Made by a program: the position numbers and the translations under genes. A stretch of 64,000 nt of DNA, taken from an uncultured bacterium. GTDB taxonomy: Bacteria > Fermentibacterota > Fermentibacteria > Fermentibacterales > JCC-6. This document shows, piece after piece, positions 33,226 through 41,435 of this stretch (position 1 is the first letter of the stretch; each line of letters opens with the position of its first letter). The notes under the pieces were generated by a model. It worked only from the letters and a program-made list of their open reading frames with translations. It was not told the DNA's origin and did no database searches. Location of the stretch: assembly GCA_964423505.1 (NCBI GenBank), contig CAYREX010000003.1, positions 76,817-140,816 on the forward strand. The letters are read 5' to 3'.

Positions 33226-34074
33226 GATCGCGCTATGAAAGTCTCGTTCACACTGAAACCCGACCAGAAGTTGATTCTTCGCATTCTTCGCGAGGCGGGC
33301 AAAGTCCATTACCCAGTCCTACGCCGAGTTCTAGAGGCGATTGAGCATTCCGAGTCCGATTTCGACGCCTTCGTGAAGGCGGTCGCTGACAAAAGGGAGT
33401 TCGATTTCCGACCCGACTGGCAGAAACCAAAGCTGACGGAGTTGGAACGTACCCTCGAGGGATTGCTCTTCGTTGGTCTGATCGAACAGTCATTCCACTC
33501 GGATGGACAAATCAGAGTCTTCATGGGGGACACCGGCCTGACCAACAGTGACATTGCTCTCACGACCGAAGGCGAGAGAGTCGCCAAGAGCATCAAGGAG
33601 GAGCGACGCCTAATTCTGAGGCCGGCACCGACACGGCGCACCACAATCTTCGTCGCCTGTGCTTTCGGGCATGATGAGGTCGATTTGCTTTATGAGAAGC
33701 ACTTCCTTCCCGCGTGCCAAAGTGCGAACTACGAGGCAGTCCGAGTGGATATGACCGAACCGAAGCAGAGCATCACAGAAGCGATTCTCGAGGGTATTAC
33801 GGAGTGTGCTTGCGTCATCGCCGATCTGACATACGCTCGACCTTCCGTCTACTTCGAGGTCGGTCTTGCCCACGGCCTCGGAATTCCGCTGCTCTTGACG
33901 TGCAGATCAGATCACCACCGGGGCAAGGCGGACGACAAGAAGGTTCACTTTGACCTCGAACAGTACAAAATCAGTTTCTGGAAGCAAACACCCAAGGGTG
34001 ATTTCAGTTGGCCAAAGAACATGAAGCCAACTGCACGTCTGTCTGCATTGGTGCCAAAGCGGACGGGAGAATGA
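33226..34074 (+). CDS. Cassette 3: wHTH domain fused to a nucleoside-2-deoxyribosyltransferase-like (Ndt/TIR-like Rossmannoid) domain
   Basis: C-terminal TIFVACAFGHDEVDLLY...ECACVIADLTYARPSVYFEVGLAHGLGIPLLL matches the Ndt-fold signature (F-E-x-G-x-A, active-site Glu). The N-terminal about 110 aa are wHTH-like. ATG 33226 is the first start outside attC2. Confidence 0.6.
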   Translation, partial: DRAMKVSFTLKPDQKLILRILREAGKVHYPVLRRVLEAIEHSESDFDAFVKAVADKREFDFRPDWQKPKLTELERTLEGLLFVGLIEQSFHSDGQIRVFMGDTGLTNSDIALTTEGERVAKSIKEERRLILRPAPTRRTTIFVACAFGHDEVDLLYEKHFLPACQSANYEAVRVDMTEPKQSITEAILEGITECACVIADLTYARPSVYFEVGLAHGLGIPLLLTCRSDHHRGKADDKKVHFDLEQYKISFWKQTPKGDFSWPKNMKPTARLSALVPKRTGE

Positions 34075-34085
34075 CAAAGAAGCTT

Positions 34086-34172
34086 CGAACAAGAGCGTGG
34101 AGCTCGACTTCGGGTTAGCCGCGCCGCTTCGCTCTGCGGCACCCCCGAAGCGGCTCACGCTCGACGTTAGCT
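34086..34172 (+). repeat. attC site 3
   Basis: CGAACAAGAGCGTGGAGCTCGAC ... GCTCACGCTCGACGTTAGCT. Third sequence family, 3' box GTTAGCT. Confidence 0.55.
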
Positions 34173-34179
34173 GGAAGGG

Positions 34180-34953
34180 ATGCAAATGCCTATCGGCAGA
34201 AATCGTGTTTTTGAAATCATCGGAACAAAGCCAAGAAATCCACAATGGGCCTGGTGCGCAATTTCTCCGAACTACGAAAGAGTTGTATTTACTCTATGGG
34301 CTGATGAATTACTCGGTGACAGATATCTATTGTTTAGAGATCGACGAACCAATTCGCTAAACCGCAGCGAAAGAGATCTAAAAGAGAAGCTCGATCTTGC
34401 AATGGAGATGAACATTCCAGCTTATGGGTTGGTATGCGAAGCGCGCAATGTAAATGCACCAATAAGAAAAATAGGAAAGGTACATGCAGATTATCTTGTC
34501 AAATTGAGATTGCAGAAGGACGAGGAAGGGATTTATGCAATAGATATTGGCAAGGTTCAACTTGCTGAGATTGTGAGTGAAGAGAAGGCTAAGAGAGAGG
34601 CAACGGAGAATAACGGTCTTAACGATATAAATTCAATCCCACCAGGTTCTGAGTCTCCTGATAGAGCCCATGTTGAGGGCTTAATAGTCAAGAGGGACCC
34701 CAAAGTCAGGCGGTATGTTATTGAACAAGCTGAAGGGAAGTGTGAGTTCTGCGGGAAGCAAGGGTTCCAAATGGACTCAGGTAGGAGGTATCTAGAAGCT
34801 CACCATGTAATCACACTCTCTAATCAGGGAGCTGATACTGTGGAAAATGTTATTGCATTATGTCCGGAACACCATAGAGAAGCACATTATGGGGTGAATG
34901 CAGAGGAGTTGGAAGAACAATTCTTGGAATGTATTAACAACAGAAACGGGTAA
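34180..34953 (+). CDS. Cassette 4: HNH endonuclease with unknown about 150-aa N-terminal domain
   Basis: C-terminal CEFCGKQGF...LEAHHVITLSNQGADTVENVIALCPEHHREAHYG is a canonical HNH finger. The N-terminal domain is uncharacterised. Confidence 0.75.
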   Translation: MQMPIGRNRVFEIIGTKPRNPQWAWCAISPNYERVVFTLWADELLGDRYLLFRDRRTNSLNRSERDLKEKLDLAMEMNIPAYGLVCEARNVNAPIRKIGKVHADYLVKLRLQKDEEGIYAIDIGKVQLAEIVSEEKAKREATENNGLNDINSIPPGSESPDRAHVEGLIVKRDPKVRRYVIEQAEGKCEFCGKQGFQMDSGRRYLEAHHVITLSNQGADTVENVIALCPEHHREAHYGVNAEELEEQFLECINNRNG

Positions 34954-34984
34954 GAGTCGCCTTCTGGAGACACACTATTATCAG

Positions 34985-35032
34985 CTAACAACAAAATGCA
35001 GCAGAACTGCGTGCAGGTGTTCAGAAGTAAGT
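34985..35032 (+). repeat. Possible short attC site 4
   Basis: GCTAACAACAAAATGCAGCAGAACTGCGTGCAGGTGTTCAGA. R''-like GCTAAC, short imperfect stem, 3' GTTCAGA. Confidence 0.35.
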
Positions 35033-35162
35033 GTATCGCAGTCTGCTGATTTTGAGTGTTGTGGGATTCAATGGCCGGCCTGCTGGCTAGCCCGGCGAAG
35101 GATGACAAGAGGACAAAGAGAACATATTTATGGTGTAGGCAATGCGAACAGATAGACACGGG

Positions 35163-35366
35163 ATGAAAATGGAATACGGATCAAAATCAATGCCCGCCCT
35201 AATCGCCAGCCCAGAACTCTATGCATCCCTTGCGAAGAACAAGCAGACCTACTGGACAACAGGAACCGGCCCGGCTCGAAGGCACGGAGCTTGGAGTATA
35301 GAGCTGCTGGAATACTGCCATAGTGGAGTGAATGGTATCAAGAAATATATGAGATCAAAGGCATAA
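35163..35366 (+). CDS. Cassette 5: possible small ORF (67 aa)
   Basis: Only ORF in the about 500-bp cassette between attC4 and attC5. Weak. Confidence 0.2.
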   Translation: MKMEYGSKSMPALIASPELYASLAKNKQTYWTTGTGPARRHGAWSIELLEYCHSGVNGIKKYMRSKA

Positions 35367-35462
35367 CGACATAAAGAAAACAAGGATAAAGCAAAGAGAA
35401 CAAAGGACATAGGACAAAGACAGGAGCTTGGGCGCAGGCAAGCAAGGAGACAATAGCTGCCC

Positions 35463-35543
35463 ACAACAACAGCATGAACCAGGCGCGGGGGGCAGTTGGA
35501 CGTGCGAGGGTAGTTCCCGCGCTGGTTATGCTGGATGTTATGT
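35463..35543 (+). repeat. attC site 5
   Basis: CACAACAACAGCATGAACCAGGCG ... CGCGCTGGTTATGCTGGATGTTATGT. Family 1, 3' box GTTATGT. Confidence 0.6.
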
Positions 35544-35562
35544 GAGATAGGGAGTATACGAA

Positions 35563-36243
35563 ATGGAAACAGTAGACATCATTTTAGAAGTACTGTTGTT
35601 ACTCGGTTTGCTGTATCTTGCTCTCTTCAAATCGTATTTTAAGGAGAAAGGGAAAAACCTAGCAACTCGGGAAGATATCCAGGAGATCACTTCTCTTGTT
35701 GAGACCTTAAGAGCAAAAATAGAATACTCATTGCAGGCGAAATTGGTACTAAGGCGAGAAGAGCATGAATCACTATTACACTACTACTCTTGTCTATCTA
35801 AGTGGATTCACACAATATCGAGCTTCAGTTTTGCAGGAATAACATACGATACATTACACATGATTAATGAAAGAATCAGTAGTGTGAACATATGCTATTC
35901 GGAAACGATATTGGCATTTTCAAAAGTAGAACTACTGGTTAATAATGATAAGTTGAGAGCAGAGGGCCATGGTCTGATTAGAAGAGTACTAAAATATCAA
36001 AATAGAACAATTAAGATGTGTGGTGACTATCATCTCTTATGTCTTGAGATCCATGCGGAAGAGAAAAGATTAAAGGATGGTGAGCGTGTTGAGGAATGGG
36101 CTAAAGTAATTGCAAAGCAACAAATAGCAATAAAGAAATACTATGAAGAGCAAGCTAGCGAATATGGAACTCTGTTAAGGTACATAATACCACATATGGA
36201 GACTATATCAGCACATTTAGAAGAGATCGTTAAGGAGGAGTGA
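35563..36243 (+). CDS. Cassette 6: hypothetical protein with N-terminal TM helix
   Basis: AT-rich ORF with TM helix ILEVLLLLGLLYLALF. Follows attC5 by 20 bp. Confidence 0.5.
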   Translation: METVDIILEVLLLLGLLYLALFKSYFKEKGKNLATREDIQEITSLVETLRAKIEYSLQAKLVLRREEHESLLHYYSCLSKWIHTISSFSFAGITYDTLHMINERISSVNICYSETILAFSKVELLVNNDKLRAEGHGLIRRVLKYQNRTIKMCGDYHLLCLEIHAEEKRLKDGERVEEWAKVIAKQQIAIKKYYEEQASEYGTLLRYIIPHMETISAHLEEIVKEE

Positions 36244-36299
36244 TAACTACTAATCACAAGAATAAATGCAATGAGATGTGGGCAAAACAGAGACCAGCA

Positions 36300-36379
36300 C
36301 ATAACCACAGCATGAACCAGCCGCGGGGCAGTTGAATATGCGAGGTTGATTCCCGCGCTGGTTATGCTGAGTGTTACAG
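36300..36379 (+). repeat. attC site 6
   Basis: ACCACAGCATGAACCAGCCGCGG ... CGCGCTGGTTATGCTGAGTGTTACAG. Family 1. Confidence 0.6.
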
Positions 36380-36523
36380 AAGTAGGACGGCGGCGTCTGA
36401 GAACATAGAGCAAACAGAATCGGGCACATCGGAAATCGGGCCCATAGAACAAGAAAAAGCCGCCGCCGTGAAAAAATAGGAAACCGGAGATCGGACAACC
36501 GGACAGCGACAGAGGAGACAGAG

Positions 36524-36600
36524 CCTGTAACAATGGGCTGTAGCTGAATCGCGCGACTGTACCGTCAACCTGTGCAATCAGCTAAGCCCAAGCGTTGTGG
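36524..36600 (+). repeat. attC site 7
   Basis: GTAACAATGGGCTGTAGCTGAATCGC ... CAATCAGCTAAGCCCAAGCGTTGTGG. Family 2, like attC8. Confidence 0.55.
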
Positions 36601-36626
36601 GTTGAAATGAAAAGAGGCATTCTAAG

Positions 36627-36869
36627 TTGGGAGGACAGCGTATGAAAGCGAAGAAGATATACTGGGCGAACCCCCATTCTGATGGAGGTTGGGCAGTTCA
36701 GAAATCTAGATTTGGAGGAACGATATCCAAGCATTCTACCCAATCCAGTGCATGGAAAACTGCTCGCCGCATGGCTTGCGGTACGGAATCAGATGCAATA
36801 CTGCAGGACCAGCAGAAGAGAATTGTGACAAGACATACATACTCAAATGAGACTTTAGAAGAAGATTAA
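36627..36869 (+). CDS. Cassette 8a: DUF2188-like small protein
   Basis: KKIYWANPHSDGGWAVQKSRFGGTISKHSTQSSAWKTARRMA fits the DUF2188 pattern as I recall it. Confidence 0.5.
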   Translation: MGGQRMKAKKIYWANPHSDGGWAVQKSRFGGTISKHSTQSSAWKTARRMACGTESDAILQDQQKRIVTRHTYSNETLEED

Positions 36870-36870
36870 T

Positions 36871-37731
36871 ATGCGAGCATATATACCTCTTGCGATAGTC
36901 TATGACTTCGATGGAACACTTGCTCCTGGCAACATGCAGGAAAGAGATTTCATTCCAGCAATTGGCATGACACAACAAGCGTTCTGGGATGAAGTCAATA
37001 GTGAAGCAAAACAACATCAGGCAGATAATATCCTCGTATATATGAAATTGATGCTAGATAAAGCTAGACAGGCTCAAGTAACAGTTCAAGAGGATGATTT
37101 CAAAGACTATGGACGTCGCCTGTCATTCTACGAAGGGATCTTGCCTAATGAAGAACAGTCAGATCCAGGTTGGTTCGCGAGAATCAATTATTATGGCAGA
37201 GGTGCTAGCATAGCAGTCAAGCACTATGTTGTCTCTTCAGGTATCCGAGAGATGATAAAGGGTACACGAATCGCAAACCAGTTTGAGGCGATTTTTGCAT
37301 CCTCATTTTGCTATGAACATCATGGTATTGCTGTATGGCCAGCCTTGGCTCTTAATTACACATCCAAGACGCAATATCTATTTAGGATTAATAAGGGCTG
37401 TCTTGATGTTAGCGAACATGTGCAAATTAACAAATACTTACCCGAAAATGATAGACCAGTACCGTTTAGGAACATGATCTATATTGGCGATGGAGCTACT
37501 GACATTCCTTGTATGCGAGTAGTAAAGGACAGGGGAGGTTGTACAATTGCTGTGTATAAGCCCCACACTCCTGGAGCCAGGGCCAATGTTCAACAACTTG
37601 TTAAAGAAGGTAGGGCAAACTGCATTGCATCAGCGAAATACAACGAAGGCAGTACTCTTGATAAGATAGTCAAGACATACATAGATCATCTGCAGTTCTA
37701 CTATGCATATAAGCGCTTGCAAGAAACATAG
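36871..37731 (+). CDS. Cassette 8b: HAD-superfamily hydrolase (phosphatase-like)
   Basis: HAD motif I VYDFDGTL, motif II VVSSG, motif IV IYIGDGATDIPCM. Starts 2 bp after the DUF2188 stop, in the same cassette. Confidence 0.7.
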   Translation: MRAYIPLAIVYDFDGTLAPGNMQERDFIPAIGMTQQAFWDEVNSEAKQHQADNILVYMKLMLDKARQAQVTVQEDDFKDYGRRLSFYEGILPNEEQSDPGWFARINYYGRGASIAVKHYVVSSGIREMIKGTRIANQFEAIFASSFCYEHHGIAVWPALALNYTSKTQYLFRINKGCLDVSEHVQINKYLPENDRPVPFRNMIYIGDGATDIPCMRVVKDRGGCTIAVYKPHTPGARANVQQLVKEGRANCIASAKYNEGSTLDKIVKTYIDHLQFYYAYKRLQET

Positions 37732-37733
37732 AG

Positions 37734-37818
37734 CCCACAACAAGCGGCTGTAGCGGAATTGCTGCCGGCCTGGGGGGGGGCTGAGTCTATCGCAATCCGC
37801 TAAGCCACAGCGTTATGC
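37734..37818 (+). repeat. attC site 8
   Basis: CACAACAAGCGGCTGTAGCGGAATTGC ... GCAATCCGCTAAGCCACAGCGTTATGC. Family 2. Confidence 0.6.
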
Positions 37819-37837
37819 GTAAATACGAACCGGAGAA

Positions 37838-38602
37838 ATGGAGATCATGACAATACCGGATGAAACGAAAATACTGGATGAAGATGAAGTCCAGCGTCTT
37901 CTAGGGTTAATGCTAGGCGCTCTCCCTTATACTGTAAAGGAAATGTTAGTACTGAAAGATATCAATCCGGAGGATTCGATTCGTATTAGATCGCTCTCAA
38001 AATCTTTTCAGAAAGCCCGTGAAACTGCCAAGGAAATGCTTAAGGATACATCCAGCAAAACCAAGATTCCTCAATATCGAATCCGAGCAATCGAAGAAGG
38101 CAAGTTGGCTGAGATCAAACCGGAATTCCTAAAACAGCTAAGCCGATACTTCGGACTAGATGAATGGTGTTCTCGTTGGGCAACCGTGAACACAGAACTA
38201 GCATCTGGACTTGGGATGTTTTCCTGGGTAGAACTCGGGAAACGAAGAAATGGGAAAGGATTGCCCGTATCTGTATTGTCAGATTCAGAGAAACAGCTTA
38301 AGGATTTCGTGGAATCCCGCCGACCTGAAGAGCACATAAGATCGGAATTGGATATTGGTTATCGGATCACAGGTAAAAGTTTCGAGATATTTGAAATCCG
38401 GCCAAGATGGAAGCAACCGGACATTACACAAGAAATCTCAGTTGCCAAGGCAACCTATGTTAAAAGTAGAAAAATATGGAAACTCTATTGGATGCGCGCT
38501 GATTTGAAATGGCACAGGTATGATCCTCTACCTGACACAAAATCGCTCCAGGATGTGCTTAACGAAATTGGCGAGGATCCGTATTGCTGTTTTTGGGGAT
38601 GA
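37838..38602 (+). CDS. Cassette 9: XRE-type HTH fused to a DUF3024-like C-terminal domain
   Basis: Central IRAIEEGKLAEIKPEFLKQLSRYFGLD (Cro/C1-type HTH). The C-terminal W-rich block KIWKLYWMRADLKWHRYDPL...DPYCCFWG resembles DUF3024. Confidence 0.5.
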   Translation: MEIMTIPDETKILDEDEVQRLLGLMLGALPYTVKEMLVLKDINPEDSIRIRSLSKSFQKARETAKEMLKDTSSKTKIPQYRIRAIEEGKLAEIKPEFLKQLSRYFGLDEWCSRWATVNTELASGLGMFSWVELGKRRNGKGLPVSVLSDSEKQLKDFVESRRPEEHIRSELDIGYRITGKSFEIFEIRPRWKQPDITQEISVAKATYVKSRKIWKLYWMRADLKWHRYDPLPDTKSLQDVLNEIGEDPYCCFWG

Positions 38603-38606
38603 AAGA

Positions 38607-38685
38607 GCGCATAACCAACGCATGAACCAGACGCTTGTAAGGGAATAGGTTAGGGTTACAGCGCTGGTTACGCGTATTGTTAAGT
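38607..38685 (+). repeat. attC site 9
   Basis: GCGCATAACCAACGCATGAACCAGACG ... CAGCGCTGGTTACGCGTATTGTTAAGT. Family 1. Confidence 0.6.
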
Positions 38686-38706
38686 AGCGATAGAAGGAAG
38701 AGCATA

Positions 38707-39381
38707 ATGGTACCTATTCTGTATGGGATAGCGAGTGGAATCGCATTACTGTTAATCAAGATGTTATGGGTTAAGGGACATTATAGATTCAAGATGAAGA
38801 TAGTGAATAATTCATTTCCTGTAAGCGGTGCAAATGTAGCAGTTATTCTTGGCAGTAAGTACTTCGAGAGCGAGAGCTCAAGGCAACTGCTATATGTACC
38901 GCTCACGGGTGTATCAGCATATGCAAAGCTATCAACATTGCTCAGTAAGTATGGATCCGATGTTAGTTTCTATGTGGATAAGACCGTACCAAAGGATAAG
39001 CGCATTACCTTTGAGATATGCATAGGTGGAAAGCATAGTAGCGTTCGCACAGAGCACTACTTGAAGAAGCATTGTTCTCGGATGTTTCACCCCAACGGTA
39101 GTACTCTAACTCCCAACGAAGCGCGAATTGTAAAACTAGACAGAACGTTCGAAGATGGCAAGAAGAAGTCAGTCCTCATTATCTATGGGCAGAACCGATT
39201 TGACACCATGTGTGCAATAGCCTACTTCTGCGAGTACTTCGAAGAACTGGTGCGGAAGCAGTTTGCTAGAGATCATGCAGCAATCCGTCTGGAGACAGAT
39301 CCTCAACTTGGGCATTATGATGCGGAGTATAAGGCCGATGACACACACTTGATAGACCTATGTCAAGTAGATGCTACTTAA
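38707..39381 (+). CDS. Cassette 10: hypothetical protein with N-terminal TM anchor
   Basis: ATG 38707 is the first start outside attC9. TM helix ILYGIASGIALLLIKMLWV. Confidence 0.5.
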   Translation: MVPILYGIASGIALLLIKMLWVKGHYRFKMKIVNNSFPVSGANVAVILGSKYFESESSRQLLYVPLTGVSAYAKLSTLLSKYGSDVSFYVDKTVPKDKRITFEICIGGKHSSVRTEHYLKKHCSRMFHPNGSTLTPNEARIVKLDRTFEDGKKKSVLIIYGQNRFDTMCAIAYFCEYFEELVRKQFARDHAAIRLETDPQLGHYDAEYKADDTHLIDLCQVDAT

Positions 39382-39454
39382 CAAGCGGCTGCAGCGGCAT
39401 TGCGGTAGGGTAGCAACCGGTATAGGTGCAATCCGCTGAGCCTTAGTGTTAGCA
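39378..39454 (+). repeat. attC site 10
   Basis: TAACAAGCGGCTGCAGCGGCATTGC ... GCAATCCGCTGAGCCTTAGTGTTAGCA. Family 2, nearly perfect stem. Confidence 0.6.
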
Positions 39455-39469
39455 TGGAAATGAGGAAGA

Positions 39470-40543
39470 ATGGGAAAAGCAGCGATTTTCCTTGGTGCTG
39501 GCGCTTCTAAGGCGGAGGGTGCTCCTCTGCAAGGAGAGTTGTTCACTGAATACTTTGCATCTGATGCATTCAAGAATAGCTATAAAGATATTGACAGAGA
39601 ACTTGCAACGTTTTTCCTCTGTAACTTCAGAATTGACCTAGACCATCAAGACATATCATCGATTAGCTTTCCCACATTCGAGGAAGTTCTTGGTTTGGTT
39701 GATCTTGCCATTCTTAGAAAAGAATCATTCCGAGAGTTTGAGATTGAGAATAGAGCATCCAACAGTGGGCGCTTAAGATTCATAGGCCAGTATCTTGTAT
39801 TTCTGTTGGCAAGGGTTCTAGATGATAAGCTGAAGGGTCACAACGGCATTCATCAGAAATTGGTACGAACACTACATGATACTGGTATTCTAAGAGATGT
39901 GACTTTTATAACTACAAATTATGACATACTTATCGACAATGCATTAGTAAAGCTGGAAAAGCATGATGTTGATGTTGACTACGGAATTGAGTTCCGTAAT
40001 TTCGGAACTCAAAACAATTGGCGACGCCCAAGAATGGATAAGAAGGTATCACTATACAAACCGCATGGATCGTTAAATTGGCTGCTATGCCCAACTTGCA
40101 GTGAACTCGATATTACACCGAAAGAGAAGGGAGTTGTCAGACTTATCTCTGATTTTGCAAATGCAACATGTCCAGAGTGCGAAAGTGTTTATGTGCCTCT
40201 CATTGTACCTCCGATATATTACAAAGATATGAGCAATGTATTCCTGAGTTCAATATGGAATCGAACTGATGCTTCTTTACGGAAAGTGGACCATGTAATC
40301 TTCTGCGGATATTCCTTTCCTGATGCTGATATGCATATTAAGTATTTAATGAAAAGAGCTCAGACTAATCGTAAAAACCCTCTTAGAATTACGGTTATGA
40401 ACTATCACCCAGGAAAAACAGAGTCAGAATCCAGAAGTGAAGAGAATAGGTACAAGCGGTTCTTAGGAAAACAAGTGAAGTATACAGATAAATCATTTGA
40501 ATGGTTTGCAGATAATCCTATGGATGTTTTGGGAAATTCTTGA
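39470..40543 (+). CDS. Cassette 11: standalone SIR2-like protein (SIR2_2 / DUF4020-type, predicted NAD+-consuming effector)
   Basis: N-terminal MGKAAIFLGAGASKAEGAPL (GAGxS motif of the SIR2_2 clade) and ...KPHGSLNW downstream. 357 aa, single gene between attC10 and attC11. Confidence 0.7.
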   Translation: MGKAAIFLGAGASKAEGAPLQGELFTEYFASDAFKNSYKDIDRELATFFLCNFRIDLDHQDISSISFPTFEEVLGLVDLAILRKESFREFEIENRASNSGRLRFIGQYLVFLLARVLDDKLKGHNGIHQKLVRTLHDTGILRDVTFITTNYDILIDNALVKLEKHDVDVDYGIEFRNFGTQNNWRRPRMDKKVSLYKPHGSLNWLLCPTCSELDITPKEKGVVRLISDFANATCPECESVYVPLIVPPIYYKDMSNVFLSSIWNRTDASLRKVDHVIFCGYSFPDADMHIKYLMKRAQTNRKNPLRITVMNYHPGKTESESRSEENRYKRFLGKQVKYTDKSFEWFADNPMDVLGNS

Positions 40544-40544
40544 T

Positions 40545-40622
40545 GCTAACCACTGCATGAACCAGCTACGAACAGATCTGATTGACCCGGGGTAGTCGTG
40601 CTGGTTATACAGAATGTTAGGC
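40545..40622 (+). repeat. attC site 11
   Basis: GCTAACCACTGCATGAACCAGC ... GTGCTGGTTATACAGAATGTTAGGC. 3' box GTTAGGC fits the GTTRRRY consensus and the 5' box is close to its reverse complement. Confidence 0.65.
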
Positions 40623-40641
40623 AGGAAAGGAGATACATGCC

Positions 40642-41070
40642 ATGTCGCTACACGCATCCGAGATTCTGGCATGTCCCAAGTGCGGACATAAACAGGCAAC
40701 TCTCATCTGGCAGTCGCTGAATGTTACCCTTGACCCCGGCCAGAAGCAGAACCTCTTTGATGGAAAGATAAATGTACTTGAATGCACGCAGTGCGGGAAC
40801 AAGGCATTCGTCGATGCACCTTTTCACTATCACGACATGAATCTCGAGTTTTACGTGCGGTATGTTCCCTTGGCATCTCTAGAGCATCCAGAGACATTTG
40901 ACGACTTTCTTGCGAATGGATTTCCATCCATGGAAGAGAACGAAGATATGGGAATACCGGCGGATTCATACTTGCGCACTATCCATATTGTTTTTGATAT
41001 GGGTGAATTGGTGCGCTATGTGATGTTCCGCGAATGTCTGGCCAACATCAAGCAAGGTAAGAAGGCCTAA
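40642..41070 (+). CDS. Cassette 12: CpXC-domain zinc-ribbon protein
   Basis: CPKCGHKQ ... CTQCGNKAF pairs characteristic of CpXC proteins. Confidence 0.6.
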   Translation: MSLHASEILACPKCGHKQATLIWQSLNVTLDPGQKQNLFDGKINVLECTQCGNKAFVDAPFHYHDMNLEFYVRYVPLASLEHPETFDDFLANGFPSMEENEDMGIPADSYLRTIHIVFDMGELVRYVMFRECLANIKQGKKA

Positions 41071-41126
41071 CCATCGAATAGAGGGTATCGGCGCATACGC
41101 GCCGAACCGTCATTGACACGTTCGGC
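41065..41126 (+). repeat. attC site 12 (short)
   Basis: GCCTAAC (41065-41071) ... perfect hairpin GCCGAACCGTCATTGACACGTTCGGC ... 3' box GTTCGGC. Confidence 0.45.
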
Positions 41127-41192
41127 TACCAGAACCGGACTTGCATCTCAGAGAGAGTATATGTATCTACATAGTAGAGACGGGAGGATACT

Positions 41193-41435
41193 ATGCTTGC
41201 ACGAATCCAGAAATGGGGCAACAGCCTAGCGGTTCGAATCCCCAAAGCCTTCGCGAAGGAAATGAACGTGTCTGATGGTGGAGCTGTCAACATGACAATC
41301 GATGACGGAAAGATCGTCATCAGTCCTGAGATAGAGCAGGTCTACCGACTGGATGACCTTCTGGAGGAGATAACCTCGGAGAATCTTCATGCTGAGGTCG
41401 AGTCCGGAGAGGTAGTTGGGCAGGAGATTTGGTGA
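41193..41435 (+). CDS. mazE: Cassette 13a: MazE/AbrB-type antitoxin
   Basis: IQKWGNSLAVRIPKAF (SpoVT/AbrB swapped-hairpin motif). Overlaps mazF by 7 bp. Confidence 0.75.
   Translation: MLARIQKWGNSLAVRIPKAFAKEMNVSDGGAVNMTIDDGKIVISPEIEQVYRLDDLLEEITSENLHAEVESGEVVGQEIW

Noticed and set aside
41215-41240. tRNA-like T-loop motif GGTTCGAATCC inside the mazE gene
   Set aside because: There is no flanking acceptor or anticodon stem structure. The motif simply encodes the AbrB/MazE LAVRIPK segment.
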